From NCBI GenBank assembly GCA_038146805.1, contig JAYQSH010000005.1:297582-361581 (forward strand): a stretch of DNA of 64,000 nt, given 5' to 3'. Source of the DNA: a bacterium. Its GTDB lineage: Bacteria; Cyanobacteriota; Vampirovibrionia; LMEP-6097. The notes under the pieces were generated by a model that worked only from the letters and a program-made list of their open reading frames with translations, did not search any database and had not been told where the DNA came from. This document shows, piece by piece, positions 1 through 10,500 of the stretch (within the stretch, counting starts at the first letter, position 1; every line of letters begins with the position of its first letter). A program made the translations under genes and the position numbers.

Positions 1-2310
1 CCTCTGGTACCTTTGGATTTAGTAATTGACCATTCTATTCAAGTTGATTCTTTTGGTGCAAGTGATTCTGCTTTGCAAAACGAAAAACTAGAGTTAGAAA
101 GAAACAACGAAAGATTTAAATTTTTAAAATGGGCTCAGCAAGCTTTCAATCAAACTCGAATTGTTCCTCCGGGTTTTGGAATTATTCACCAAGTAAATAT
201 GGAACATTTAGCAAGTGTGTGTATTGAAAGAAACGGAGAACTTTTATTTGATACTTGTGTTGGTACAGACTCTCACACAACAATGATTGATGGTCTTGGC
301 GTGTTTGGTTTTGGTGTAGGTGGACTTGAAGCTGAAGCTGCAATGCTTGGGCAACCTGTTACCATACCAACACCTGAAGTAATTGGTATCAAGCTTAATG
401 GTAGTTTAAACGCAGCAGTAACAGCTACTGATGCGGCTTTGTATGTAACAGAATTTTTAAGACAAATTGGTGTTGTTGGCACATTAGTTGAATTTTATGG
501 CGAAGGTTGTAACTCACTAACACTAGAAGAAAGAGCAACTATATCAAATATGTGCCCTGAATATGGTGCAACAGTTGGCATGTTTCCTGTTGATGAAGAA
601 GTGCTTGCCTACCTAAAAAGAACTGGTCGCTCAGCCGATGAAATAGAAAAAGTAGAAAAGTATTTTAAAGCTCAAGGTGTCTGGGGACTTGATCGCAATC
701 AAAACTCCTTTACAAAACATTTTGAGATCAACCTTTCTGATATCGAAGCTTCAATTGCTGGACCTCGACGCCCACAAGACAGAATTGATTTTTTTGATAT
801 GAAAAACAAATTTGCTGAAGCTATGAAAAGACCAATGTCTTCTCATGGATTAGAAATTAAAGATGAGGCTAGCAATCATGGTGATATTTTAATTGCTGCA
901 ATTACCAGTTGTACTAATACCTCAAACCCAGCAGTCATCGTAGCCGCAGGCTTAGTGGCACAAAAAGCTGTTGCCAAAGGTCTTAGCGTAAATGCAAAAG
1001 TGAAAACTTCATTAGCGCCGGGTTCTCAAGCAGTTAGAGAATATTTAGAGCGTGCAAATTTATTGGAACCGCTTGCAAAATTAGGTTTTACAATTGTTGG
1101 CTACGGCTGTACCACATGCATTGGCAATTCTGGACCGCTTTCTAAAGCTGCCATGCAAGATATAGAAGCTAACCCAGAAAAGATTTACGCTAGTGTACTT
1201 TCAGGCAATAGAAATTTTGATGGCAGAATTAGTCCTTACATCAAAGCAAATTTCTTAATGTCACCTCCATTAGTTGTCGCAATGGCAATTAAAGGCAATA
1301 TGAACTGGGATGCAAAAACTGAAGCAATTGGCAAAGATACACAAGGTAACGATGTTATGCTATCTGACATTTGGCCTAGCAAAGAAGAAATTATGCAGGT
1401 TATTTCTCAAACCATGGATCCATTAATGTACGAAAACATTTATGCTAAAGTCTCTCAAGGAACGGAACTGTGGAACTCGATAGAAGCTCCAATTGGTGAT
1501 TTGTACGAATGGGATTCTGAAAATACTTATATTCAAAAACCTCCATACTTTGATGACTTTAATTTAAACATGAACAAAATTGATGCCATACAAAATGCAA
1601 AAGTTTTACTCAAACTTGGTGATTCAATTACAACAGACCACATCTCGCCTGCCGGATCAATTGCAAAAGATTCAGATGCCGCAACTTACCTCAGAGAGCA
1701 AGGTGTAGTTGACAAAGACTTTAATAGCTATGGCTCAAGAAGAGGTAACGATAGAGTAATGACTCGAGGTACCTTTGCTAATGTACGCTTGAACAATCTT
1801 CTTGTACCTGGATCTTCAGGTCCAAGAACAAAATATTTCTCTGATACTTCTGCTCAAGAGATGTCAATATTTGAAGCATCGTTAAAATACAAAGCCTCAA
1901 ATACTCCTTGTGTTGTCTTTGCAGGAAAACTTTTTGGTAATGGTAGCTCAAGAGATTGGGCAGCCAAAGGACAAAACTTATTAAATGTAAAAGCTGTTAT
2001 TGCTGAATCTTTTGAAAGAATACATCGATCAAATTTAATTGGTATGGGAATTTTACCAATTGAAGTACAAGGAAAAGTTTTAGACGATAATCAATTAGAA
2101 GCTTGTGAAGATTTTGAAATACTTGGTCTTGAAGAAAACATCAAGCCTTATCAAAACGTAACAATTAGAGCACATAAAAAAGATGACACACAAGTAGATA
2201 TTCAAGCAAGAATTCTTTTACAGACACCGATAGAAGTTGAATACTACAAAAATGGCGGCATTCTTCAATATACTTTAAGGCAAATTGCTCGTTTAAAACC
2301 TGCTCTATAA
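1..2310 (+). CDS. acnA: Aconitate hydratase A (5'-truncated by window edge)
   Basis: Frame open from base 1 (PLVPLDLVIDHS). Motifs GTDSHT, AAITSCTNTSN, GCTTCIGNSG, SGNRNF, TTDHISPAG, GSSRDWAAKG. Confidence 0.97.
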   Translation, partial: PLVPLDLVIDHSIQVDSFGASDSALQNEKLELERNNERFKFLKWAQQAFNQTRIVPPGFGIIHQVNMEHLASVCIERNGELLFDTCVGTDSHTTMIDGLGVFGFGVGGLEAEAAMLGQPVTIPTPEVIGIKLNGSLNAAVTATDAALYVTEFLRQIGVVGTLVEFYGEGCNSLTLEERATISNMCPEYGATVGMFPVDEEVLAYLKRTGRSADEIEKVEKYFKAQGVWGLDRNQNSFTKHFEINLSDIEASIAGPRRPQDRIDFFDMKNKFAEAMKRPMSSHGLEIKDEASNHGDILIAAITSCTNTSNPAVIVAAGLVAQKAVAKGLSVNAKVKTSLAPGSQAVREYLERANLLEPLAKLGFTIVGYGCTTCIGNSGPLSKAAMQDIEANPEKIYASVLSGNRNFDGRISPYIKANFLMSPPLVVAMAIKGNMNWDAKTEAIGKDTQGNDVMLSDIWPSKEEIMQVISQTMDPLMYENIYAKVSQGTELWNSIEAPIGDLYEWDSENTYIQKPPYFDDFNLNMNKIDAIQNAKVLLKLGDSITTDHISPAGSIAKDSDAATYLREQGVVDKDFNSYGSRRGNDRVMTRGTFANVRLNNLLVPGSSGPRTKYFSDTSAQEMSIFEASLKYKASNTPCVVFAGKLFGNGSSRDWAAKGQNLLNVKAVIAESFERIHRSNLIGMGILPIEVQGKVLDDNQLEACEDFEILGLEENIKPYQNVTIRAHKKDDTQVDIQARILLQTPIEVEYYKNGGILQYTLRQIARLKPAL

Positions 2311-2354
2311 AGATCTAATGAAAAAGGCTAGTTGATTTAAGCTATAATTTTTTT

Positions 2355-3413
2355 ATGCGCATCTATGCCCTAATTTTTTGTATGCTTATTGGTTTTTTAC
2401 CTTTAACAGCAAAAAATGCGCTTGAAAAAGAGCTTGAAAAAAGAGAAGCTCAAGAGCAAAAAGCTTTAAAACATAGACAAGAGGTTTTAAACGACGTTCA
2501 AGAAAAAAATCAAGAAAAATTAGACATCACTCAAGCACAAAACAAAAAGAAAAAATCTTGGTTTTTCTTTAAAAGCAAAGAAGAAAAAACTGAAACAGAA
2601 AAAAAAGATAGTAAAGAAGAAAAGATAGATAGTAAAGAAGTAGAAAAAAAAGATAGCAAAGAAGAAAAAATAGCTCTAGCCAGAGAAGAGTTAAAACAAA
2701 ACGAAGAAAAAGCAATTAATTTTGTTTTTCAAGATCAAGATTTCAAATTTAATACCATTACCAGTGAAAAATTTTTTTCACGTAATGAAAAACAACAATT
2801 GCTTGAATTATGGCGAGCGACTTTAGTTCGTAATAGAACAATCCAATTTATTATTAGATCTTTATCTACTGACCCAGAAAATTTTGAAAAGAATAATACA
2901 GTTCTACAGGTACTCAGCCAAGCATTATTTGTACCCTTCTATGCAATTTCTGCAATTGCAGACAATACCTTAATTCAAGGTGGCACTTCAGTTGGTGCGC
3001 GCGTCATTGGTGATGTAGTTAATTCCAAAATGGAAGATGCCGATCAAACAAAACAAGTAAACAAAACAGATGTCATTGTACTTTTTATGTTGGTTGATGA
3101 GGTCGCAGAGAGATTAAGAAACGCGTACTATAGTTACAAAGATTCAAAAATAGAGAACAAATTAATTTCGCATGAAGTAAAATTAGCAGAACTTGATCAC
3201 CAGAAAGCACTCACTAATGAAAATGAAGCGACTATATTTTTCACCCAAACCGTTCTTAGAAGCCTAGAGAGAAAATTAAGAGAAAATAAACTCAAGTTTA
3301 ATAGTTCACAAAGAAAATTAATAGAACTATCGGGAGAAGCGGCTGTAAATTCTGTTGATTTACTCATTGAAATGGAAATAAATGAGAATTTATCTGATAT
3401 TTTAGGCGTGTAA
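2355..3413 (+). CDS. Hypothetical secreted protein with Lys/Glu-rich N-terminal region
   Basis: 352 aa ORF with signal-peptide-like N-terminus and a duplicated EKKDSKEEKI segment. TATAAT 6 nt before the ATG. Confidence 0.8.
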   Translation: MRIYALIFCMLIGFLPLTAKNALEKELEKREAQEQKALKHRQEVLNDVQEKNQEKLDITQAQNKKKKSWFFFKSKEEKTETEKKDSKEEKIDSKEVEKKDSKEEKIALAREELKQNEEKAINFVFQDQDFKFNTITSEKFFSRNEKQQLLELWRATLVRNRTIQFIIRSLSTDPENFEKNNTVLQVLSQALFVPFYAISAIADNTLIQGGTSVGARVIGDVVNSKMEDADQTKQVNKTDVIVLFMLVDEVAERLRNAYYSYKDSKIENKLISHEVKLAELDHQKALTNENEATIFFTQTVLRSLERKLRENKLKFNSSQRKLIELSGEAAVNSVDLLIEMEINENLSDILGV

Positions 3414-3444
3414 TATCGCCATTTAAAATGCTATAATTATACTT

Positions 3445-3645
3445 ATGTCTAAAGATAAAAACTCTACTAACCAACTTTTAAGCGACCTAACAGATTTTAA
3501 CGAAAATATCTATGATATGACAAAAGAACTTGCTGGAATTGCCAAACATATCAAAGAAGAAACAAAAGAAGATCCAGAGCCGCCAAAGCCTGTTCTTGAA
3601 GCAGTTATACGCAAACATGAATCTCAAATAACTGAAGAAGTTTAA
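3445..3645 (+). CDS. Small hypothetical protein
   Basis: 66 aa ORF with extended -10 (TGCTATAAT) 7 nt upstream; first of a tightly packed run of + strand genes. Confidence 0.65.
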   Translation: MSKDKNSTNQLLSDLTDFNENIYDMTKELAGIAKHIKEETKEDPEPPKPVLEAVIRKHESQITEEV

Positions 3646-3646
3646 G

Positions 3647-3934
3647 ATGAATTTTGAAAAATCCATAATCACAAAATGTCAGCAAAGTTCTGAACCTATT
3701 TGTCGTCGGGTTTACAACATGAACTTAGCTTTAGGTTACACAGAAGAATTTTATTCGTTAGCTAGTCTTGCTCAAATACACAACAAAAGCCAAGAAGAAA
3801 TGTTTGACTTTGCTTTTGATTACATTGAATCTAGAGATTGTTTTCGCAAAGAATGGGCTAAAATGACTTCTAGAGAGGAGTGCCCGCTAGAAAACTCTTG
3901 TTTAATTGATAAGTGTTTTTCAAAAAAATTATAA
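3647..3934 (+). CDS. Hypothetical Cys-rich protein
   Basis: 95 aa ORF, 1 nt after the previous stop, six Cys. Confidence 0.65.
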   Translation: MNFEKSIITKCQQSSEPICRRVYNMNLALGYTEEFYSLASLAQIHNKSQEEMFDFAFDYIESRDCFRKEWAKMTSREECPLENSCLIDKCFSKKL

Positions 3935-3940
3935 CTAACA

Positions 3941-4384
3941 ATGCTTGAAGAAATAGAAGAGTTAAAAAAACAAGGAAAAAAAATTGTAGCGACCAATGGT
4001 TGTTTTGATATTTTGCATGCTGGTCATGTCTCTTATTTAGAAGCTTCGAAAGCACTTGGAGATATTTTAGTTGTTGGAATGAATTCAGATTCAAGTGTCA
4101 AAAAGCTCAAAGGTACTGATAGACCAATAAATAATGAAAAAGATAGAGCCTATGTTTTAAATGCTCTCAAAGCAGTTGATTTTGTATTTATCTTTGAAGA
4201 AGAAACCGCTTCTGAATTTTTAAAAAAAATAAAACCAGACATTTATACCAAAGGTGGTGATTATGTCATTGAGGAACTACCTGAATATCTTGTAGCAAAA
4301 GAAATAGCTTGTAAAATAGAATTAGTAGATTTTGTCGATGGTCAATCAAGTACAAAAATTATTAATCAAATCACTGCTAATTAG
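3941..4384 (+). CDS. rfaE2: D-glycero-beta-D-manno-heptose 1-phosphate adenylyltransferase (RfaE2/HldE C-terminal domain)
   Basis: TNGCFDILHAGH (HxGH), NSDSSVKKLKG-RP, KGGDY and SSTKII motifs. Confidence 0.9.
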   Translation: MLEEIEELKKQGKKIVATNGCFDILHAGHVSYLEASKALGDILVVGMNSDSSVKKLKGTDRPINNEKDRAYVLNALKAVDFVFIFEEETASEFLKKIKPDIYTKGGDYVIEELPEYLVAKEIACKIELVDFVDGQSSTKIINQITAN

Positions 4385-6048
4385 TTTAGCTTTATTTGCG
4401 TTTAATGATTTTTGTAGCTTAGGAAGCTCTTGCACAAGAACCTTTAACTATCACTGTAGATACTCAAGAAGTAGCTCTTAATCAAACAGTGAATGTTGAT
4501 ATTGTAATTAAAAATTCTACAATTAAAAACTTTCAATTTCCAGCCAATACTCAAGATTACCAAAGTCTCGCAACCTCATCTAGAAATAATATTGAAATAA
4601 TCAATGGGCAAATTAAACAACAAAAAACCATGAGTTATGTAATCAAACCAATTCGTATTGGGCAAATTACTATCCCTGCAATTACTTATTCTTTCAATAA
4701 TCAAATTTATCAAACAAAACCAATTTCAATCACAGTAACTAAACCAATCCAACAAAGAATAAATACTCAAGCACTCGAAAGGAATAATCCATTTTTAGAA
4801 ATAAATAGCTCAACAACTAATCCTTATGTCAATGAACAGTTTGTAATTAAGAGCCGACTTTTTCATAGAGGCAATGTTCGCAATGTTTCATATCAATTAT
4901 TAAGCGCAGATCATTTGGTCTTAAAAAAAATTGATAAGGCTAATGAATATAGAGAATATCGAAACAATGTTGAATACATGGTTTATGAAATCACTTACAT
5001 AGCAACTGCATTAAAATCAGGGGCTATTGTGATTCCAGAATATTCTATGCAAACTGTGGTTGAAATAGAAAAAAAACTTAATGGTCAGAGGATTGATCCA
5101 TTTAATTTGATTAATGCTCTTTTTGAAGAAAAAGAATTAGAAATATCAGCAAAACCTCTTAGTATCAATGTAAAACCTTTACCCCCACAGTCTTTCACAC
5201 AATATAGCGGCTATGTAGGTAGCTTAAATATTAGCCATCAAATAAATAAACTCACTGTAAACTCTGGCGAAGCTGTGACTATAAAAAGTATTATTAACGG
5301 AGTCGGTAATTATAATAGCTTAAGCCATGACTTTTTTGAAAAATCGCAAAATTATAGTGTCTACAAAGACAAAGAAGATTTAACAACTAAGATTATTAAC
5401 AATCGTGAAAGTTTTGAATTAGTTACAAATACAGTTATTATTCCTGAAAAAAGAAGTGGGCGTATCACTATCAAGACTATTCCAGTTATTAGTTTTGATC
5501 CTAGCAAAAAGCAATATATAGAAAATGGAAAAGAAGTTTTTGAAATTTTTGTCAAAGCTAGTGACTCAAACGTAGATATTGATACTAATAATGGTCAACA
5601 CCTGCAAGCTATCAAACCCATTAAAGCTAAAAAAAGTTTCAAAAAAGAATTATTGATTTATTCAATTCCAGAAATCTTCAAATACAAATCTTGGAAAGAC
5701 AATAAAACTAGTTATCTACTTGCTATACTAATCTTCTTAAATTTACTCTACGTTTTAAGATTCACATTACGCCGAGTAGATTTTGAAAGTTTTGAAGAAA
5801 AATTTGATGCGAATAAACTTATTCAAATTATCAAAAAAGCAAATGATCTAAAAATTGTCTCTGCAATTATAAAAGATGCTCTAAAAGTAACTAATAATGA
5901 AGAGTTAAAAAACAAAATTCTTGATTTTACAAAAGAGACAGATAAGTATAATTATAGTTTTTCTAGCAAGCTTGAAGATAGCCAGCTAAGTGAATTTAAA
6001 AATCGTGCTATTCAGATTCTAAAGGAGCTAAAGAATGTCTCAGCATAG
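4338..6048 (+). CDS. BatD-family protein; signal peptide separated by an apparent frameshift near 4420
   Basis: Main ORF 4489-6048 has repeated beta-rich segments (PYVNEQF, GEAVT, FDP) and a C-terminal TM. A signal-like peptide MVNQVQKLLIKSLLISLALFAF starts at 4338 in another frame. Followed by a BatE-like gene. Confidence 0.7.
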
Positions 6049-6688
6049 TAATAAGCTTAATAAAACAGAACTGGAATTAGCAAAGGATCTTTTTTTAAAA
6101 GAAGACTATGCCGGTGCAATAACAATTTATGAGCAAGAATTAGCACATAATCCGAGTCAAGCCAAAATCATGGTCAATAAAGCTGTTGCAGAATTTAAAC
6201 AAGGTGAATATGGCTTAGCTCTTGCTAATATATGCAGTGCAAAAAAACTTCTACCAAGAGATAAAAAAGTTAATCATAATTTCGAACTAATTCAAAATGA
6301 ACTTGGTATAAATCAACCTAATCTCAATTTTTTAAATTATTTCAGTGTTAATGAGATATTAGTTTTGCTCATTATTTTTAATGTTATGCATATTTTACGC
6401 TGGCGCCTAAGTAAATCTAAAGTTATTAGATTTTTAGTTTCTTCAAGCTTTGTTATTGTTCTTTTATTTTCAAGCTATCTTTTTATCCACCAAAAAATTT
6501 ATAACTACGCGGTTGTCACTAAAGAAATTATTCAAGTTTATTCTGGCAACAATGATTCTTTTAGCAAGATTGGTGAACTACTAGAAGGACAAATTATAAG
6601 AGTAAAAACAAAAAATAAAGATTGGTCACAAATTATTTATAAAGAAGATTTAGGTTGGGTAAAAGACAAAAATCTGTCATACTTTTAG
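6035..6688 (+). CDS. BatE-like TPR + TM + SH3b protein
   Basis: N-terminal TPR, two TM helices, C-terminal SH3b-like ending WSQI..GWV. Confidence 0.75.
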   Translation: MSQHSNKLNKTELELAKDLFLKEDYAGAITIYEQELAHNPSQAKIMVNKAVAEFKQGEYGLALANICSAKKLLPRDKKVNHNFELIQNELGINQPNLNFLNYFSVNEILVLLIIFNVMHILRWRLSKSKVIRFLVSSSFVIVLLFSSYLFIHQKIYNYAVVTKEIIQVYSGNNDSFSKIGELLEGQIIRVKTKNKDWSQIIYKEDLGWVKDKNLSYF

Positions 6689-8127
6689 TAATGCCCGATG
6701 ATGCTAACAAACCAAAATACATGCACGATAATTTTGTATTAGAATTTCCGGAAGATTTCGCTTGGGGTACTGCTACTGCAGCATTTCAAATAGAAGGACA
6801 CCCTGAGGAATATCTAGCGAAACTTTCTGATTGGTCTAAATGGATAGATAGAGAGGATAAGGTTTTAAGACCTACTAATGATGGCAGAGCAGTCAATCAC
6901 TATGAGCATATGATAGAAGATGTAGAACTTATTAGAGATTTACACAGTGACGCATATAGATTTTCTTTTAATTGGGCAAGAATTCATAAAGGTCCGGGAG
7001 ACTTTGATGAAAACGCCTTGATGTTTTATGAAAATCTTTTGAATGAATTAGACCAAGAACATTTATCTCTAAAAAATCGCAAAAAAGCTGTTGAACCTTT
7101 TGCAACATTAATTCATTTTGCACTACCATCTTGGTTGAGCGAAAATGGTGGTTGGGAAAACCCAAACACAGCTTATGAATTCAATAATTTCACAAAAAAA
7201 ATCTTAGAAAAGTTTGGTAAGCGCATTAAAAACTGGATTACCCATAATGAACCTAATATATTCTTGGGCTTTGGTTATGAGTCTGGTATTTGGCCTCCGG
7301 GCAAAGAAAATGATTGGTCTGCATACTTTCGTGCCTACCAAGGTTTATTACTAGGGCATCAATTAGCTTACCAAAGTATTAAAGAGTTTAACAGCAATCA
7401 TCAAGTGGGTTTCGCACAAAACTTATATTACTACGAAGCACAAACACAAGAAGATATGGTACCTAATACTGTAAGGTCACAAATGCATAATTATGCGTTT
7501 ATAGATGCTTGCAAAACAATGGGTTGCTTGGATTTTTTAGGTGTAAATTATTACACACGTTTTAGTTACAAACTAAATCCTGAAGCTTTAGATGCCACTA
7601 GGAAAGATTTAAAATCTGATTTTTGGGGAGAGCTACAAGATATGGCGACCATAGATGCAAAAGTCAAAAAAAACAATCTTGGTTGGGAGACTTATGCCGA
7701 TGGACTTTTTAAAGTGCTAACCGAAAAGAAAATGCAAGATATTTTAAATGGCATTCCAATTTATATTACAGAAAATGGTTACTGCCATATTGAAAACAAT
7801 GAAAGTCTTGATTTAAAAGCAGGTATTACAAAAACTGAGAACGAGGCTGACAGCGATTTTGACGATAAATACCGCATTCAATTTATCAAAGAACATTTAG
7901 TTGCAGTCCACAAACTGATTCAAGCTGGGGTAGATATTAAAGGCTATTTTTATTGGAGTTTGTTAGATAATTTTGAGTGGGCACTAGGCATGAAACCTCG
8001 CTTTGGTTTAGTTCACGTTGACCATCAAAGTTTTAAAAGAACACCAAAAGCAAGTTATGAATTTTATGCAAAGGTTTGTCAAAACAATGGACTTTTTATC
8101 GAGCGCAAAATTCCATTAGCAGATTAA
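6655..8127 (+). CDS. Glycoside hydrolase family 1 (beta-glucosidase-like); true start probably 6691
   Basis: FPEDFAWGTATAAFQIEG, catalytic HNEP and ITENG motifs, WSLLDNFEW. Confidence 0.93.
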   Translation: MGKRQKSVILLVMPDDANKPKYMHDNFVLEFPEDFAWGTATAAFQIEGHPEEYLAKLSDWSKWIDREDKVLRPTNDGRAVNHYEHMIEDVELIRDLHSDAYRFSFNWARIHKGPGDFDENALMFYENLLNELDQEHLSLKNRKKAVEPFATLIHFALPSWLSENGGWENPNTAYEFNNFTKKILEKFGKRIKNWITHNEPNIFLGFGYESGIWPPGKENDWSAYFRAYQGLLLGHQLAYQSIKEFNSNHQVGFAQNLYYYEAQTQEDMVPNTVRSQMHNYAFIDACKTMGCLDFLGVNYYTRFSYKLNPEALDATRKDLKSDFWGELQDMATIDAKVKKNNLGWETYADGLFKVLTEKKMQDILNGIPIYITENGYCHIENNESLDLKAGITKTENEADSDFDDKYRIQFIKEHLVAVHKLIQAGVDIKGYFYWSLLDNFEWALGMKPRFGLVHVDHQSFKRTPKASYEFYAKVCQNNGLFIERKIPLAD

Positions 8128-8141
8128 TCGCAAGATTTCCC

Positions 8142-8172
8142 AGTGGTCTTGGTGCCTGGCACGATGACCACT
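8142..8172. repeat. REP-like palindrome with GTGCCWGGCAC core
   Basis: AGTGGTC..GTGCC-T-GGCAC..GACCACT hairpin between convergent genes; 23/26 identity to the inverted copy at 63953-63978. Confidence 0.7.
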
Positions 8173-8174
8173 AT

Positions 8175-9647
8175 TTAATTTTCAATTAAAGTAACTAAAT
8201 GTTTTAAAATCTTTTCATACAAAAGATCACCCAAGAATTTATCTTCTACACCACTATCTATATTTGGATTATCGTTAACTTCTATTAATAAGCATTGTCC
8301 ATTTTCTAATTCTTTGATATCAACTCCATACAGGCTTTTACCAATTTTACTGCAAGCCTTAAGAGCAATATCTATAACGTTTTGAGGTACATTTTCAACA
8401 GCAACACACTCAGACTTTCCAGCAATATCTTTCTTTTGTTTTGCCTGATGATTATAAATCTGCCAATGATCTTTTGCCATGAAATATTTTATTGCAAATA
8501 AAACCTCTCCATTCAATACGCCAATACGCCAATCAAAATTTGACTCAACAAATTCTTGACATATAACTATCTCAGACCGACGTAGCATCTCACTAGCCTT
8601 TTCTTGCATTTCTTCTTTAGTTTTGATTTTAAAAATACCATTTGAAAAAGACCCATCTGGAATTTTTAACACGCAAGGATAAGTATTGGTCTGCAAAAAA
8701 TCTTTTAAATTTTTCTTGTCTAAAATAATCGTTTTGGGTGTTGGTATATTGTTGGCACTCATTAAGGTATGTAAAAAAACTTTATTACAACACTTGATAA
8801 TCGACTGGGTATCATCAATGCAAGGTATATCCTCTAATTCTGCTTTACTGGCGAACTTAAAACTAACATTATTTACAGCTGTTGTTTGTCTTAAAAACAA
8901 AGCATCAAACTCAAGCAAAGAAGAAAAATCATTTTTGCTTATCAATTCAACCCAAAGACCAAGTTTTTTACCAATGCTAATAAATTTTTTTAATGCAACT
9001 TTATCAGACGGTGGCATTTTTTCATTTGGGTCATGTAGAATAGCAATCCAATACTTTTCTTGTTTTAAATTATTTCCCTTCCTACGCCACGCAGAGCCTG
9101 TAAATTGCTTGATTGCCTCAAAGAAAAATTCAAGACGTTTATCAATCAAAGTATTTATAGAAACTGTTTCTATTTTATTTACTCGCCATTGATTATTTTT
9201 TGAAAATTCAATTTCAAATGACAAAATTGGAAATCTAAATAAATCAAATAAAACCCTCGCTAAAGGTTCAATGTTTGGATTTTCATGTCTACCAAAAAAA
9301 CTTGTATAAGTACGAATCAAAGGCTCTTGAGGAGACTCATTGAAATATTTATTTAAAGTTGCATTTATTTCTGGCAAAGCAAGCTCATAGTTTCGTTTCC
9401 AGTTTAATTTAATTATGTCCGTAATATTTGGAATACATTTTAATCCCTTCGCTTCAGCTAATAAAGAGACATAGTAGCCCTTAGATAAATAACTATAGTT
9501 TTTACAAAGATTGATAATCTTAGTTTTTAAAAATTTCTTTGGAGAACTTTCTAAACTTTTGATGAATTCATCTGGGTTCATCAAAAGAGTATTTCTGTCA
9601 TCAATCAAAAAATTTTGAATTTCAGTAACAATTAAAAATTTAATCAA
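8175..9647 (-). CDS. RimK-family ATP-grasp ligase with N-terminal extension (RLAN-like)
   Basis: LSKGYYVSLLAEA N-domain; LKIPDGSFS, QEF, DWRIGVL, YGVDIK, EVNDNPNID ATP-grasp motifs. Confidence 0.88.
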   Translation of the reverse strand: MIKFLIVTEIQNFLIDDRNTLLMNPDEFIKSLESSPKKFLKTKIINLCKNYSYLSKGYYVSLLAEAKGLKCIPNITDIIKLNWKRNYELALPEINATLNKYFNESPQEPLIRTYTSFFGRHENPNIEPLARVLFDLFRFPILSFEIEFSKNNQWRVNKIETVSINTLIDKRLEFFFEAIKQFTGSAWRRKGNNLKQEKYWIAILHDPNEKMPPSDKVALKKFISIGKKLGLWVELISKNDFSSLLEFDALFLRQTTAVNNVSFKFASKAELEDIPCIDDTQSIIKCCNKVFLHTLMSANNIPTPKTIILDKKNLKDFLQTNTYPCVLKIPDGSFSNGIFKIKTKEEMQEKASEMLRRSEIVICQEFVESNFDWRIGVLNGEVLFAIKYFMAKDHWQIYNHQAKQKKDIAGKSECVAVENVPQNVIDIALKACSKIGKSLYGVDIKELENGQCLLIEVNDNPNIDSGVEDKFLGDLLYEKILKHLVTLIEN

Positions 9648-10102
9648 ACAAATACCTTCTTTAATTTAATACCATCCGTATCATCAGGGTAATAATTTTT
9701 TAAAGCTCTCACCACAATAAAACCCTGATCTAGATAGCGTTTTTGATGCTTCAAATTATCTGCCCTAATTTCTAAAACTAATCCTTTAAGACCTTGCTCT
9801 TTAACATTAGCAATAACTTGATCAAACAAAGCCTTACCATAAAAAGCCCCTTGAAATTCTGGCAAAACTGCAATTGAATAAAGACGAGCAAACTGAGAAT
9901 TTTTTCTAAAAAAAACTACCGCAGAAGCAATAAGGGTCGACTGTTGCTCAATTACTAGTATTTCTGCATTTGCTATTTTTATTAGATAATTTAGATTTTG
10001 TCTTGATAAGCGGGGATATTTTTGCGAATCAAAACACTGTTTTTCAATATTTTCTATTGAGCCAATATCATCAAACTTAGCTTTTCTAATTTGCATTTTC
10101 AC
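9644..10102 (-). CDS. GNAT acetyltransferase (RimI-like)
   Basis: RLYSIAVLPEFQG..YGKAL, LEIRADN and NYYPD motifs; overlaps the RimK-like gene. Confidence 0.85.
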   Translation of the reverse strand: MKMQIRKAKFDDIGSIENIEKQCFDSQKYPRLSRQNLNYLIKIANAEILVIEQQSTLIASAVVFFRKNSQFARLYSIAVLPEFQGAFYGKALFDQVIANVKEQGLKGLVLEIRADNLKHQKRYLDQGFIVVRALKNYYPDDTDGIKLKKVFV

Positions 10103-10164
10103 CCGAGAATAAAGACTTTTAAAAAAGTCAGACTCGAAAATATAGTTTTGTAAAAAACAAAGCT

Positions 10165-10410
10165 ATGGGTATAATATTACTAGTGAGTAGCCAAAAAAAT
10201 CAATCTGATTTATTTGAGCAGGAATTAGACGATTTCTTTAAAGATCGTGCCCTTGAAAGAGCTCAAGTCTTTAGCGACAATAGTAAAAATAAAAGCTCCA
10301 AAGCACGAGTCGAAAATGACTTAGAAAAAGCTAATTTCCCCTCAGAAATTGGTTCTGGCTGTTGCATGACAGGCTGCCATGATTGCCCTTGGGATTATCA
10401 GCCTAACTAG
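10165..10410 (+). CDS. Small protein with C-terminal CCxxGCxxCPW motif (putative metal/Fe-S binding); likely start GTG 10183
   Basis: GSGCCMTGCHDCPW resembles the Oxidored-like/DUF5522 Cys motif; TATAAT 7 nt before GTG 10183. Confidence 0.65.
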   Translation: MGIILLVSSQKNQSDLFEQELDDFFKDRALERAQVFSDNSKNKSSKARVENDLEKANFPSEIGSGCCMTGCHDCPWDYQPN

Positions 10411-10450
10411 TATAAATTTTACAATTACCAAACTAAGGTACTGTTGACTC

Positions 10451-10493
10451 TTAAGGCTTCGCTTTCAAACAAAGTTTTGAAGCGGAGCCTTAA
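10451..10493. repeat. TTAAGG...CCTTAA hairpin element (family D); may act as a bidirectional terminator
   Basis: Imperfect inverted repeat; 26/33 identity to the reverse complement of 56607-56639. Confidence 0.6.
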
Positions 10494-10500
10494 TAATTGC

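Noticed and set aside
2597-2673. 45-bp-period duplication (EKKDSKEEKI)
   Set aside because: Ordinary in-frame low-complexity duplication within a charged linker.
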